This document shows, in pieces, positions 36,174-49,314 of a stretch of 64,000 nucleotides of DNA (positions are counted from its first letter, which is position 1; each line of letters starts with the position of its first letter). Below the pieces are notes generated by a model. The model saw only the letters and a list, made by a program, of their open reading frames with translations, did no database searches and had not been told where the DNA came from. The translations under genes were made by a program, and so were the position numbers. Location: positions 4,035,838 to 4,099,837 of the forward strand of contig CAJINV010000002.1 of NCBI GenBank assembly GCA_905178155.1. The letters run 5' to 3'. Source of the stretch: Amoebophrya sp. A120 (lineage: Eukaryota; Protista; Dinoflagellata).

Positions 36174-38985
36174 ATGGTGACGTGGCGCTATTTAGAAGTA
36201 CCGGTCGCGGCCTTCTTGCTTGCGCACCAGCAGGTCCACCTCTTCGCGGCCGCGGCTAGTTTTGCACCGCAACAACCTGGGAGCGGCATTGGAGCAGCAG
36301 AACATGAACGTGGTCACACGCCTCTGCTGGCGGCCTCTACTACTACGGGAGAAGTTTTTCATTCGACGCCGCCACCTGCAGCAACTTCTGGCCCTGCAGG
36401 GCCCCCTTCCTTTCCGCAATACAACGGGTATGACACGTATGCCACTTGTCTCGAACGTGCCCGCACGGCGGCTATGCACTTGTTCAGTGAAGAAGCGATG
36501 GCTATGCCTTGCAAAAGTGTCGTAGTCATAGTAATTGCGTTTATGCATGACAAATCTAGTTGTTAATGATAATGTTAAGTCAAATTTGCATTACCTGTGT
36601 AATACCGAGTCAATTTGTAAATGGAAATGAAATTTAGATTTAAGTACACCTCTACTACGGTACCTTTGCAGTGCATAACGACAAGCCCAATGATCCGTTG
36701 TAGTTCCTTCGAGTCTATGCCGTTGTACGACGAGGCTCTGGCGAAGTTGGAAGCGGATCCGGTATCAAGTGCTAATATGTCCGGGTCTGGAAGAGTGTGA
36801 TGCTGTTTTTGCATCACACGGCGGGTCTAGCTTGCAGGCCTAGCATTACAGCTTTTATTGAAAAGGTTTTTCAATGCCTAATCTGCATGGCAAACCCCCT
36901 CTTGGGGTGGTGCCGAAGAGATGACCAACTTCTGCGATCCATGCACGACAGATTTTTGTGTATTCTGAAATGCGCATCACAAGTTCACATGCTCTGTCCA
37001 GACCCAGACATGTTTGCATTTCATATTTGGATTTGAGCCGCGATTTCCCGAAGGTGTTGAAATTTTTCGGCCAAAAAACCACGAAGCACATTTTTCTCAT
37101 GCTCGGCATGCTCAAACCGGATCCGGCGGGCACTTATCGGGAATGGGAGCTGGCCTTCGGGCTCGTGAATGGAGCAGCTGGCGAAACGAAGGAGAAAATG
37201 GCTTTTGCTGCCAAGGCGGTAGCGAAGAAGGTCGTTGTTTCGTCGGAAGATGAAAATATGATGTTGACTAGTAGCAGTAGTGCAAATGCAATTATTTCGT
37301 CGAGTAGTAGTACTGCTAGTGCTAGCACCAGTACCAGCGCCATCGAAACGGCGTTGAAAGTATCAAGTGCAAAAATGTCTGGGTCTGGAAGATTACAACT
37401 CGTCATGCTGTTTTCGGACTCTAAAAAATTTTGTATTACATGACCAGCAAGAGGGGCACAAGTTGTGCTACACGGACAGCAGGGCATTTCTCATGCGGAA
37501 GGAGCATCAGGAAGCCCTCTAAAAGTCTGCGATGCTAGGTCATGCATTACAGGCATCATGGGTCATGAGAAATATGCATGACAAATCTTGCATTCTTCCA
37601 GACCCAGACACTTTTGCAATCCATAGAAAGCGACGGGCCCGGCAGAGATGTTCGTCAAGGAAATTCTCGGGACCCGTTACAGCGAGGAGAAGTACGACCA
37701 CCTTCCCCGGCCGAAAGGAAAAGCTTTCGGGTATGGGGTTCTCAAACGTTACATTCTCAACTGTTACATGAATTTGGCATGCAAAAACACCATCATCATC
37801 CTCACGATCAAGCTGCTCCGCATGACAAATTTGCGAAGAGCTAAGCCTTACCTAAATCTGCGCCAAACTTGTAATGCAAAAAGCGCACTCTTCCTCCTTT
37901 CACTTTTGCCAGTCTTGCATTACAAATTCATGTAACAGTTGAGAATGTAACATTTGAGAACTCCATATCGGGGACCTGCCTGACACGAGGGATTACTCCG
38001 TTTCCCAACCCTACCCGCAGGTCGCGGCCCTGGTGGTTTTGGCGAAGACCGCTGCGAAAGTTCTGGCGGACGAAGAATTGGAGAAGGTTTTAGCAGCCTC
38101 CAGAACTACAACCGGGGAGCAAGATCATGATCCAGTTACGCCAAACAAATACAAGCCCAACTTCTTCGTCGATTTGTTCTGGAAACCTCTTTATCAACTG
38201 TAAAAATGTCTGGGTCAGGAGGAATTCATGTTTGTCATGCTTGTCTGGCATGACTCTTAAATCTGTCATGCACGTTACCCAAGCGCTCCGTTTTATTTCT
38301 GTGATGCAGGAGAAGCGCAGTCTGTCATGCAGAATAGGCAAAACCTAGGAGCTCAGAAACTTATCATGCTGAGCCAGCATTTGTAGCGTCATCATGAGAC
38401 GCCACCCAGCATCACAATTTTCCAGACCCAGACACTTTTACTTTTGACACTCTTTCCGGAGCAGCCATCCGGCACAGCTACTCGGATGAGAACGGGCGGT
38501 CGCTGGTGGTGGGTGATGAGGAAAAAACGATCGTGCGCACCTCCGGGAATGAAGAAAAATGCAGGGTGGAGCTGATCAGATTCTGGACCACGCTCGAGAC
38601 GGCGTCGGGGCTCGATATTGATGCTCCGCCTTGTAGTTACTTCGGCGAGCAGGAGGTGGGGTTGGCGGGCAACACTGGTGGAGGATTACAAGAACTCTCC
38701 GCAGTTCCCCTTCCCAGCAGTGTCGAGGACGGAGCAGGACTACATCATAAACCGCATCTGCAAGAGCACGGGGATGGAGCGAATCCGAATGCTTCCTCGT
38801 GGAGCAGGAACTGCTCGAGGTTCTGCGGAGGTGGTGACGGCACTGCAGCTCGCGGCTTCCTGTCCGCGGTTTCGAACTGTCCCCGACGCTGCCTGAGCCG
38901 AGCGTATGGTGGAACAGACACCACTACTTCTGCGCCTGCAATGCAAACTTCTGCCCGGGAAGATGAAAACAACATGCTCGTGTAG
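36174..38985 (+). CDS. Hypothetical secreted protein, ~529 aa, 6 exons
   Basis: Signal-like N-terminus (VPVAAFLLAHQQVHLFAAAAS); removing 5 elements +5 nt gives a 1590-nt open frame; no family recognised. Confidence 0.78.
36503..36677. mobile_element. Introner family D (aged)
   Basis: TATGCCTTGCAAAAGTGTCGTAG...CTACGGTACCTTTGCAGTGCATA; TSD atggc/acgac. Confidence 0.83.
36763..37025. mobile_element. Introner family A
   Basis: TIRs; TSD tccgg/tttgg. Confidence 0.88.
37361..37625. mobile_element. Introner family A
   Basis: TIRs; perfect TSD gaaag. Confidence 0.92.
37732..37967. mobile_element. Introner family E
   Basis: ~42-bp TIR TATGGGGTTCTCAAACGTTACATTCTCAACTGTTACATGAATT; perfect TSD tcggg. 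Confidence 0.93.
38192..38449. mobile_element. Introner family A, 3' end ACA
   Basis: TIRs; perfect TSD ctctt. Confidence 0.9.
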
Positions 38986-39572
38986 TTCCCGCTGGCATCA
39001 TGAATGGGCACTACGACGATCTCGTACTGCCGTGGCAGTGAACATCAAGGGCGCTGAGAAGAAGTAATCAACAAGTACGAAGTCTTGTACGAGGTCGAGC
39101 GAGTGAAGACACGCAGCTGAAGTAGCACATCAACTCCAGTTGTAGTCCTGCTCAGTTTTCATGTAGTACTAACCGAGGCGAAGAAATGGCCGGAGTGGAA
39201 GGCGGACAAGATCAAGATCAGGACCAACTACACCGATAGAATTGTAAGAACCGAAATAAAGATGAAGATCATCAACAAGAGCGCTGAAAAATATATTGGT
39301 GGAAAAGACTATTCGATGCCGGAGGACATCAAAAGGCCGATTTTTAGGAGAATGATTATTTCAATCATGTTTACACGAGAAGGAGAACAAGCTTGCCTTT
39401 ATGCACAATGGAAGTTTATTTCTTATTCTTCATCGATGGTGGACCAAACAAGAATTTTTTTTCGAAACTTCTTTCGACGTCTACTTCACAGATGACAGAC
39501 TCAGAGTTTATTCTTTGAGTATAATTGGGATTCATTGGCACAACTTCTATGCTGGGAAAGCTGCTGCGCATC

Positions 39573-39650
39573 AAGAGAAAGAAACACGTTGCTGGATGTG
39601 GAAGAGAAAGAAACACGTTGCTGGATGGAGTAGAAAGAAACACGTTACTG
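39573..39650. repeat. ~29-bp tandem repeat (x2.6)
   Basis: AGAAAGAAACACGTTGCTGGATG repeated. Confidence 0.8.
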
Positions 39651-40344
39651 TGGTGTAATATAATCCATTACATACAAACAGGCGGTTCCGGTTGGCGTTG
39701 GTACTAAACTAAATTTTTTTCTGTCAAGAGCAGCTGCATCAGACAGAGCCTGTGTCTGAGTGTGTTCATCTAAAAACTTGTGGCTATTCCTATTATTTAA
39801 GTCGTTGAGAAACTGCCTGACCTTCTTCAGCTGTGCTTGATCATCTGCTTTGCTGTTTCTTCCACGTGCGTCCTGTCTCGCAGTTGTTGATGAAGGAGAA
39901 GGTAGTTTACTAGTTGGAAGAATGTAAAAATAAATCGGTCACGCGAGGAGGATGAGGTGGACGAGGAGAAGTTAGTGTCGTGTCCACTAGAACATAGAAG
40001 CCTGTAGTTGTGTTTGTTGCTGGTGCTGCCGTAGTGGTCGCGAGTAGAACGATATTAGGTGACGAGTGCAGCCTCTGAGCTTGAGATTGTGTGCTACTTC
40101 TCCTGTCGTGTGGAGGTCCTCAGGAGAAGAAAATCCAAATGCATGTAGATGTTGCAACCACGCGCACGAAGGTGAACTAAAAGTCGGCGTCAAGTAGAAT
40201 CTAGCCGAGTAAGGAAGCCGATGCCATCTAAATTTTCTGCTTCTGCTTGTCGCAGCGAACAAAAGAAATCAAGGTATAATCATCTTGACGATGAAAATAT
40301 GTATTTATAGTGCAATAAACGTCGTACAACTCGTCTAGTAAGCC

Positions 40345-43300
40345 ATGTTCCTCCCGGACCTCCCCAAGCCCTTCACCCTCGTCTCCTGCTGTACCGCGGC
40401 CGTTTTCATCGCCCTTCGTCTCTACTTCCTCACCCCGGCCCGGACGGCAACGAGCAGCACAGAGGACTATTTTGCCACCGGGTTTTCCATATGCATTGCA
40501 ACAGTACCGTTGTACTCGGACCTTCTAAAAATCGCTGGCGTGCATTACATATTTCCATCTCAAGTCAAATCCGCATTAGAAATTTCACTTCTTGTCATGC
40601 TGAGAAGGCTTGTCATGCGATTTATACTAGTAGCACGAGGATAGATACTCTTGCAGTGCATATTCCACCCCCTTGCAACTATCCGAGTTTGATGACCCGG
40701 AACTGCAGCGCATCCGCGATGTCAAGGCACATAGCGCGACTTGGGCTTCGAAATACCACCCGAAATGCTTGTTGCGCGACTTCATCTGGAAACCCAACCC
40801 GTTTGCGTATTTGTACCACTACAAAAAGACGAAGGAGGAATATGTATCAAATGCAAATATGATGTCTGGGACTTCTTGTCATGCTAGTCTGACACGAAGA
40901 CTCCAAACTCTGTATTGCGTGCCCGCAAAGGAGCGGTCCTCTTGTCTGTCATCCGAAAATGCGGTTTCTCTTTCTCATGCGGAGTACACAACTGAGAAGC
41001 ACCGAAAATAAAACTTGTCATGCTGGGGAGCGCATCTTCACACTGTGCTCGCTATTCTCTTCCTTGCATCACAGGTTTCCAGACCCAGACATATTTGCAA
41101 TGCATAACACGACAAGCACTACAAATCCACTTGGAAGGGAAACACGCGGGGAAAGGACTTGCTGGGGGAGGATTTTTTGAAACGCAACGAAATTCGGAAC
41201 CAGTGTCTATGGATTGCAAAAATGTCTGGGTCTGGAAACTTGTAATGCTAACAGTGAATGGGAGACGCACTGCAATATGCAGCTATGCATGACAATTTTT
41301 TTGGCTCCCATGTCTTACGTATTCCACATGGCAAACTGCGTTTTTGCATGACAGGTAAGAGGGCCTCTTCGTGCCTATGCAACGCAGATTCTCGAGTCAT
41401 GCCAGACAAGCATGACAAACTTGCATTCTTCCAGACCCAGACATCTTTGCATTTGATAGTGTCCAGAGAATGTCAACACGTTCCCGGGAAAGGTGTTGCG
41501 GAAGTATTTGCGAATGGCGTTGGAAGTAGTGCCGAATGACAATGAGCAGGGACAAGCCACTACAAGCAAGAAAATCAGCACTGAAAACCAGCACACAACT
41601 TCTGTGAGGGAAATGAGAAAGAAAGTACTGGACGAGCTGCAAAAGGAGCAGCTAGTACAACAAGGATTCAAGCAGGAACAACCCCCGACGAGGACCACTG
41701 TCGTGCAGCAGAACATGAGAATAAAAAGTCTAACAAGAACTGCTTCTTCTTCGAATAAGCCAAAAAATTTCCCCACGACGGCCGCACACCAGATGAACAC
41801 GAACAAAAGCGGCGACGTCTGCCTCCCGCCGTCCATAGTATGGGAAGAAAATGTGTTGCAAGACCGGCAAGAGAGGCAACCTTTCTCATGCAGGAAATGC
41901 TTGGGAGCCTCGTTTCCTTCCTGTTTTCCCTTATGATCTTCACATCACAAGTTTTCTCTGCCACACAGAGAAAATTTGTGATGCAGAAACTGCAACAAAT
42001 GTGTAACTGTAACACTTTTTTCTCGTGATACATTGTCCGAAAACCCTACTGCCGGAAATACTTCCTCTCTGCGGGCACCATGGTGCGGAAATACCCGGTC
42101 AACCGGCTCATCGAGTGGATCGAGTACCACATTGCGGTCGGTTTTTCCCACGTTTTTCTCTGCTACAACATTCGCGGGAATGATAGGGAGGAAGAATACT
42201 GGGAATACAAAAAAGTTCGGAAAATGAAAGGATGAGTTAGAGTTTATTTATTGTGATGCTTTATCCCCTCCAGGAGGGGATAGGGAATAAATTTAATTGG
42301 AGAAGGAAGCAAAGCAAATATCGCGATGTCAGTACAAGGAAGTCTTCTGCTATGGTACTGGCTGCACCATAGTGTTCTTCTTGTCATGCTCATGCAAAAG
42401 AGCCATAACTTCTCACTGCGACTTCCGCATCACAGCGGAAGTAGATGCGCTATTTTCCTCCCACCCGAGTTGTCACATCACAAGTTAGAAGTTTTTCCCT
42501 TGCATCACTTCAAATCGACTACTACGAGAACGTGCTGCAGGTGGCCACCATGACCAAGTGCGGGAATAACATGACCACGGGCCAGGGGAACACCAAGCTG
42601 GTCCAAGAGTTCGGGCACCAGACCTTTTGGCTCGGCAGGTTCGACACGGATGAATTCATCGCGCCCTCGGACATCAACGACTTTTACAGTAAGCACGCGG
42701 ATGTAAATTCCGCGATGTCGTTAGTGCCGCTGCTCCTCCCGCTAACCGGTAAGCAGCTTCCGCCGCAGCTTTCCATCCCAAGCTACGAATTCGGGGACTC
42801 GGGTCGATTGCATGCCCCGCCAGACCTATCGCAAGAAAAACTGTTTCAGTGTGAACTTGTGATGCAGAAAATAGGACACAGAACTATTTGTCTTGCTACA
42901 CCTGCAAGACACTGGATTTGCAAGCGTGTTTTCCCTTGGGAAGCGCGCATGACAAATTTTGGGTGTCATGTGTAACAAACTTGTGATGCAGATCTTGCAA
43001 AGTCATCACAGTGAAACAGTTTTTCCGTGGGATAAGACCACATCCCCCTCATCCAGGCGTTCTGGCGCCGGATTCCGATCGGGGTGACGATTAAGTCCTT
43101 CATGCAGACGGACGCATTTTATGAAAGTGCAAAACTCCCCCTCCTTCTCGTTTGTTTGGCACAAACAGCAATACAAGCTGCGTCGGCCGCGAGGGTGCAG
43201 GTTTTGCATGACAAAGTCAATACTCAGGACTGTACTGCTGTTGGAGCTGCCAGAAATTGTCATGCAAAAAAGGCCACGAGCACGAGGCAAAAGGTGGATT

Positions 43301-44456
43301 GACTATGTTGCATGACAAAGGAAGGGGGGGTCGGGGTTGTGCACTCTCATACGTTTTTGTCAAAAGTGGACGAGGAGATTAGAAGGAAAAGTGACTACGT
43401 GGATAGAAATGTCGAAGAGAAGAGGAAACGAATCACCGGAAGCCGGACATTATCCTTTGCAAAAGCATCTTCGCACTAGTCGTGGTAATTATCTTCGCAT
43501 GACAAATTTCAGTTGCATGATGAGACGTGGGATTTGTAATGTGGATTAGGATTTACTCGCATGACTGCAATTCGCACGAGCACGATAGTACTTTTGCACT
43601 GCATAGGCATCGAGCAGCTCCATGTCGAAGGCAATTTTTCGGTTGAAAACGTCATTAGGTGCAGCTGGTAGAAGTGACAGTAGCAGCAGCAGCAGCAGCC
43701 CTTCTTCAACTACTACAGCCGCAGAAACAACTACATCTTCTGCAGTTCAAGAAGAAGACATCTTCAGCGATAACGCCAAGGCGATGGAGTTGGTCCGGGA
43801 ACAAAAAAAGGAGGAGATTTTGGACAAGTTCACCGACATTCTACCCTACGACCCAAAATACACCGACCACTCGCACACCTACACCGAGAACAAGTCTCTC
43901 CGTTGTGACGATTCCCACTGGATCATGCTGCCCTCCTTCCACTGGAAGTCGTTTTTGATTCCAAAATATGAACTGCAAAAATGTCTAGGTCTGGAAGATT
44001 GCGAGATTTGTCATGCTTGTCTGGCATGACCAAAAAGTTTGTGATGCGTGTCCTAGAAGAGACCCTTTTGCCTGTCATGCATAAACGCAGTTTGTCATGC
44101 GAAAAATGCAACACAATCAAAGAAGCGCAGACATTTCTCATGCTTGCCTGTGCATTGCAGAGCATTCACTATTACCAACGCAGCATTACAAGTTTCCAGA
44201 CCCAGACATTTTTACATTTGATACAAAATGGTGTCTCCTCTGCTGGCCCACTCCGTCGAAAAACTGGTTCTTTTGGCAGGATGGTTTGTGGTGTCCGGAG
44301 ATCAACTCGGACAAGATCGACGTGAATGTCGGAGCAGTGCTGAAGTCGGATTTTCTACCCCCGAGAATACCGCTGGCGCAAATTGTGTGGGATGCGGCGG
44401 TGGAGCGAACGACTATAGTCGGGGAGAGGAGGAATAGTGCAGGAGGGAGCAACTAG
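40345..44456 (+). CDS. Type-II membrane glycosyltransferase, GT92 (DUF23)/GT-A like, ~703 aa
   Basis: N-terminal TM anchor; motifs RLIEWIEYHIAVGFSHVFLCYN and WLGRFDTDEFI (DxD); frame restored by 8 elements +5 nt plus one tentative GT-AG intron (42215-42444). Confidence 0.78.
40490..40662. mobile_element. Introner family D
   Basis: TIRs; perfect TSD ttcca. Confidence 0.9.
40845..41106. mobile_element. Introner family A
   Basis: TIRs; TSD atatg/acacg. Confidence 0.88.
41208..41458. mobile_element. Introner family A
   Basis: TIRs; perfect TSD gtgtc. Confidence 0.92.
41839..42030. mobile_element. Introner, G/H-like
   Basis: TATGGGAAGAAAATGTGTTGCA...TGTAACACTTTTTTCTCGTGATA; TSD catag/cattg. 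Confidence 0.85.
42215..42444 (+). other. Tentative GT-AG intron
   Basis: AAA|GTTCGG...GAAGTAG|ATG joins WEYKK to MRYFPPTRV in frame; alternative junctions are possible. Confidence 0.4.
42827..43034. mobile_element. Introner family H
   Basis: TATCGCAAGAAAAACTGTTTCA...TGAAACAGTTTTTCCGTGGGATA; perfect TSD agacc. Confidence 0.92.
43120..43351. mobile_element. Introner family C
   Basis: TIRs; TSD cattt/cgttt. Confidence 0.88.
43451..43605. mobile_element. Introner family D
   Basis: TATCCTTTGCAAAAG...CTTTTGCACTGCATA; TSD gacat/ggcat. Confidence 0.87.
43967..44223. mobile_element. Introner family A
   Basis: TIRs; perfect TSD caaaa. Confidence 0.92.
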
Positions 44457-47400
44457 CTACGTCGCGGAGCAGAAACACGCTAGGTGGCAAGTTACTTTGG
44501 CGTGGAGTGATATCCATCCTGAAGGAGGAGTGCAACGAGGGTGGGTGTGGTGGCAGAAATTTCATAAGGGTTGCTCGCTGTCACTTATTTCTTCATGTGT
44601 GAAGATGTCGCTGAGGTTGCCGCTGAACAACATGGACGCGCATAATCAACAATTTTACGCAGAATTATGAGCACAAAGTAGTAAAGTTCTACTAGATCAC
44701 CATGTTTTGGAAATAGACGCAGTATGTTAAGAGAAGACAGAGCTGCACTCTACCATCGGAAACTGATGCTGTACCTGGAACCGAGCATCATGCAGATCTT
44801 GTTCTCTACCAAGGCACTAAAGAACTACGGGGTGCTGCTGCGACTCTACCAGGCGAAAGAAGCGGCGCGGCCCCCGCTCGGACTACACTAGTACTTGCGG
44901 CATGCCGCGCTTGCTAACAGACTGCTTTTTCGTCTTGAGATCATGCTCTGTACGAGGAACGAGTCATGGGAGAGGAGGTGTGTGCGCTTAGAAATGAAAA
45001 ATTACTCATGGAAGTCGTGCCAGCAGGTCGAGGTCTACTTCTTCTCTCTCGCTTCAGAGTCGAGAAATTTGTATTTGATGTAAAAAGCGAGTTGTAAGGG
45101 TCTGACCTGCGAGTTGTAACAAGAGAACATTGCTTCAAGAAGTATGAAGTGAAGCGCTTCATCTGCGAGGAGGGTGCGTGGTTGGTGTGCTTTTGCAAGT
45201 TGAGCTCCCAGGCGCTCCGACGAGGGAGGTTTTTTCGTGAGATTTATGGAAATCATGAAAAATATAAAGGCAGAATATTCAAATAAGTTTGATGCGTGTG
45301 TTGGCCTCTTTTCGTCCGAAACCGCAGAAAGATCCTGAAATTCTAGGCGCATTGCACTGCAAAAATAGCGAGAGATGAAGAAGGAAAGCTATACATTCAC
45401 CTTGTCTAGATCGACGTAATTTGTGGCGCTGCAGACGAGTAAAATAATGATGCGCATGCGGTATAGAATAAGGACAGTTTTCACCACCTGCGGCTTCTGT
45501 ACTAGCGTCACTGCGAGGGTCAAAAATTTATTTACAATACGGCTTGGTTTTTCTTTTTCATTGCGCGCTATGTTGAAAAAAATATAACGAGAACTACACA
45601 GGCGGAACTGATCATGTAAAATCTCGTTCTAAATCTAATACGCAGAGCCTCAAGCTCAACACACCGAAGCGTCCTTGTTGTGCAGCCGAATAATCCTATC
45701 TCGCAAGAACGGTGCAACTAGATCAACAAAAATCTGACGTGTAGAAAGATCTAATGCTGAAAACAAATGCAGCAAAAAATCTTGCGAAGAAAAAGTGACG
45801 TCCACACTCAGAGATCAGAATCTTCTCTTGAACAGACTACCAAGGTAGTGGCTCTACTCCATACGCTTGTTGAAACGTTCCAAAATTTTTTCTTAAAAAG
45901 TAGTTTGTCGTGTTGCTTGGAAAAAATTACACGATCCTTAGGAGACACATTTATATTTTTCTCTGCGAAATTTTTTTCTGCCAAAACTATCACAGAGACC
46001 CTATAAAAGTCACAGGAATACGAAGACAAAAAGCGTCCAAGTTGTTTAGACCTACTAAATATTTTTAGACCTAGCGTGAACTACTGTACGAGATACTACT
46101 TTGTGGTGATCGATTATAAGGGAAGGATAAGTGCGTGCGAAAGTAGTAACTTGAGCCTCTTCATCACATTTCTTCTGTTGAAGGATTTTTTATCCTGTTA
46201 GAGTTGTGCACTTTATTAATCTCTCGCACTAGCCGTTTAGTAGAGAATATTAAACACCGATATTAAACCGAGGAAGACTAGTAGACCACAAATCGCACAA
46301 AAGTTGTACTTCTCACAGGTAGTAGTTACGATAAAAAAAATCCTACAGCTACAGCATAAGCAGCAAATTTGTTGTGCTCCTTGTGTTGTTTGAAAGAAGG
46401 AGCGTCAAATAAACCGCACACAAATTTTACGCTTAGGAAATACTATAGAGGAGGCGTCTTAGTTTTTTTAAAGATTTCCTACGGCTTTGAATATTATACC
46501 CGCAACGTGAATGAAGCGCTAAGGCTAACTTCTGAAACACGAAGGTATTGTATCAAGCTGGATAGTAAGGTTGAATCTGCGGCAAGTTTTTGTTTCTGTT
46601 TTCAGGCAGCAGGGGGAGCTTATTTATTTTCGTTGCATTTTGCTACAGAAAAACAAAAAGAAAAGCGTCTTGATATATTTTCACGGAGCAGAAACGCCAT
46701 AGCACTTTCTTTACACCAAATCTTCAAGCAGCTTCGGACAGACACCAGTTAGTACCTCCTCCGCCCGGAGCCTCGTTCATCGTATATCAGTGACAAAAAC
46801 CAACTTCATCAGAGCTGGTTGCGGTTGAATATTTCAGCACCTCCGTAGAATTTCCAATCTGCTGAAAAGAACTTTTTACTTCGCATTGGACTTCACTTCA
46901 CAGTTTTTTTATACATACCACCCCGCTTCTTGATGCATCGCACTTGATTACCTAGCATAATCACGTCAAAGATCACAGCTCGATACTTTATTTTTTAAAA
47001 ACGCAAGTATCGAAATTAATAAAGTAGTACAACCAAGCAAGAAGAGCTGCTATCGTGATCGCATTGCATCTGCATTCAAATCTGTTTGCGGGAAAGAATC
47101 TTTTGAAGCTCTCACCTGGTATGCCGTTTTACTTATGAGAGTCTCAACTACAAATTCTCCACATACAGATTCGAAGATATCGAGCATAGAATTATAGTGC
47201 AACAGCAAAAAAAAGTTTCGAAGTGAAAGATTGTATCGGTGTCGTTTAAAAAGAAGTTTACTATTTATCAGGATTTTTTGACCTCCCCAACTTTATTCAG
47301 GCGCTAGTGGCATATACCAAATACAACACTGGTTATATCTATTTTCCCGAAAAAAGAGCAGGAGCAAAAATAGCAGAGACATAGTAAATTCATTGCACCA

Positions 47401-48097
47401 CACCATTTTTTTTTCAACAGCAAAGATAAAAATGTTCACGGTCGTTGTTGACCTTCTACCCAAAAAATATCATGAAGCCGATCCATCTCCAAAATGTAGG
47501 AGACGAGTAGAGCTAGTACGGTTGAGAAACACAAACAAAACCCCTCATAAAAAATCTCTAGTCTGATAGAAGCACACAACTTTATTTTTGAAGCAGAACT
47601 GCAGCTGTACTAAATAGGTCATACTTCACTCGCATATAATTACGATAGTCCTGTTCACTTTTTTCATTTCTGCTAAGCTCTAGAGCTACCCCGACTAGAG
47701 CTGCGGATAATAGTTACACCAAGATTTATTTTTTGGACAACGAGTTTAGAAATAGAGTTTGATGTATTGCCCCGCCGTTCAAAAGCTTCCTCCCGACGCC
47801 TTTTGGCAATAAGCTAAGCGAAAAAGTCACACACTTTTGGCAAAGAGCTTGTTCGTACTTTTTTTTTTGTCGTTCTCGTTACACTTTATGGTTACATAAG
47901 TAGCTAAAGTAACAGAGAGATACTAAATAAAACCCTGTTCGTATCTTGAGTAGTCTACTAGTTGTACTGAAAATAGGCATAAGAAGGTCAAGATTCCGTA
48001 CACTTTCAAGAATCTTCGGAGAAAAACTCAAGACAAGAAAAAGCCCACTAAATTATTACCGTTTCTGATACTTCTACTTGTTGTACTATCTCCAGAC

Positions 48098-48971
48098 CTG
48101 TTCGGAAGCCTTGGGCCGCTTCGTAACTGGAAAAAGTTGGAAAAAAATGGCAAAAAGTTGCTTCATGACGTGGGTGGAAGCGATCGTCGGATTTTGTCCA
48201 GATCACCCGGGCCACTTGAAAAATTGAAAAAGATGACAAAACTCGTAAAGGTGCAATCCCTCCGCAGGCTTCAAAAGTGCCAGCCAGCTGTGGTCGGTGA
48301 AAATGTGCAGAGCCCTTCGGCCACCTAGAAACTTGAAAAAAAAGGGAAAATTGACAAAAGTCGAGAACCCTCGGCAGGCTTAGAAACTGGCCACCAAGGG
48401 CGGTCCGGCGAGCGCGCGCTTGCGCCATACCATCGCGATTGGGGAAAAAAAATCGCACTAGAAGCGGGCGGAGGCATGTCACAAAGTCCGCATTTGCTCT
48501 GGGTTGTGGGCAGAAATTCTGCATCTTCCCCGGGTCTGAAATGGCCGACTTTGGTGGCCCAGCAGGGTTCGCGGGTTTGTGGTTTTCCACATACTTTCCT
48601 GGCCAGGGGGCCAGTTTGTCAGGCAGGGGCTAGAAAGGATGTCCCGCTGCCACATAGCCGGATTTCGCCCTCAATGCTTATCGCAGGAGCCTGCGGGCCG
48701 CCGCGGGCGACAGTAGTTGTCCGCGGCCCTTTAGGGCCGCGGGGAAGTGGTGGAGCTCCGCGGCCCGCAGGCTCCTGCGATAAGCTTTGAATGCGAATCC
48801 GGAAGCCCCCGATGACCCCCGATAGATGGCGAGATTTACTTTAAGGGCCGCGGACAACACAGAAGAAGAAGTGGGATTCTAATTAAAAAGAAATGGTGGT
48901 TTGGCTTTCGCGCTGGTTAGATTTTCGCGCACGCATTTGGTTACCAATATCGCCCTCCGGGCGCGATCTTC
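48098..48971. mobile_element. GC-rich structured non-coding insert flanked by 30-bp direct repeats
   Basis: ATACTTCTACTTGTTGTACTATCTCCAGAC at 48068-48097 and 48972-49001; perfect 26-bp inverted repeat 48676-48701/48760-48785. Confidence 0.65.
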
Positions 48972-49314
48972 ATACTTCTACTTGTTGTACTATCTCCAGA
49001 CTGCTCCAGTGATTTTTTTTTTCCCGAACAAAGTTGCCGTGGGGCAGAAAGACACAGAACCGAGGCAAAAACCAAAACCACCAGTACAACTGGTTGCGTA
49101 GAAGTATTAGCAGCTCTAGAAGGAAAACTTCCTGCGGATTATAATAATACAACTACAAAGCGCGTCTTCTATTTCGATTTCCTCGCAGTCTAGCTAAGCA
49201 GGAAGGGACGACGCTCCTGCGGGAAGAAAGTCTTTTCTTCTGCACAAGGTTATTCCACCACAAACGGTTATTTCTTTACATAACGAAAAATAAAGAATAC
49301 CAAAATAAACCAAG

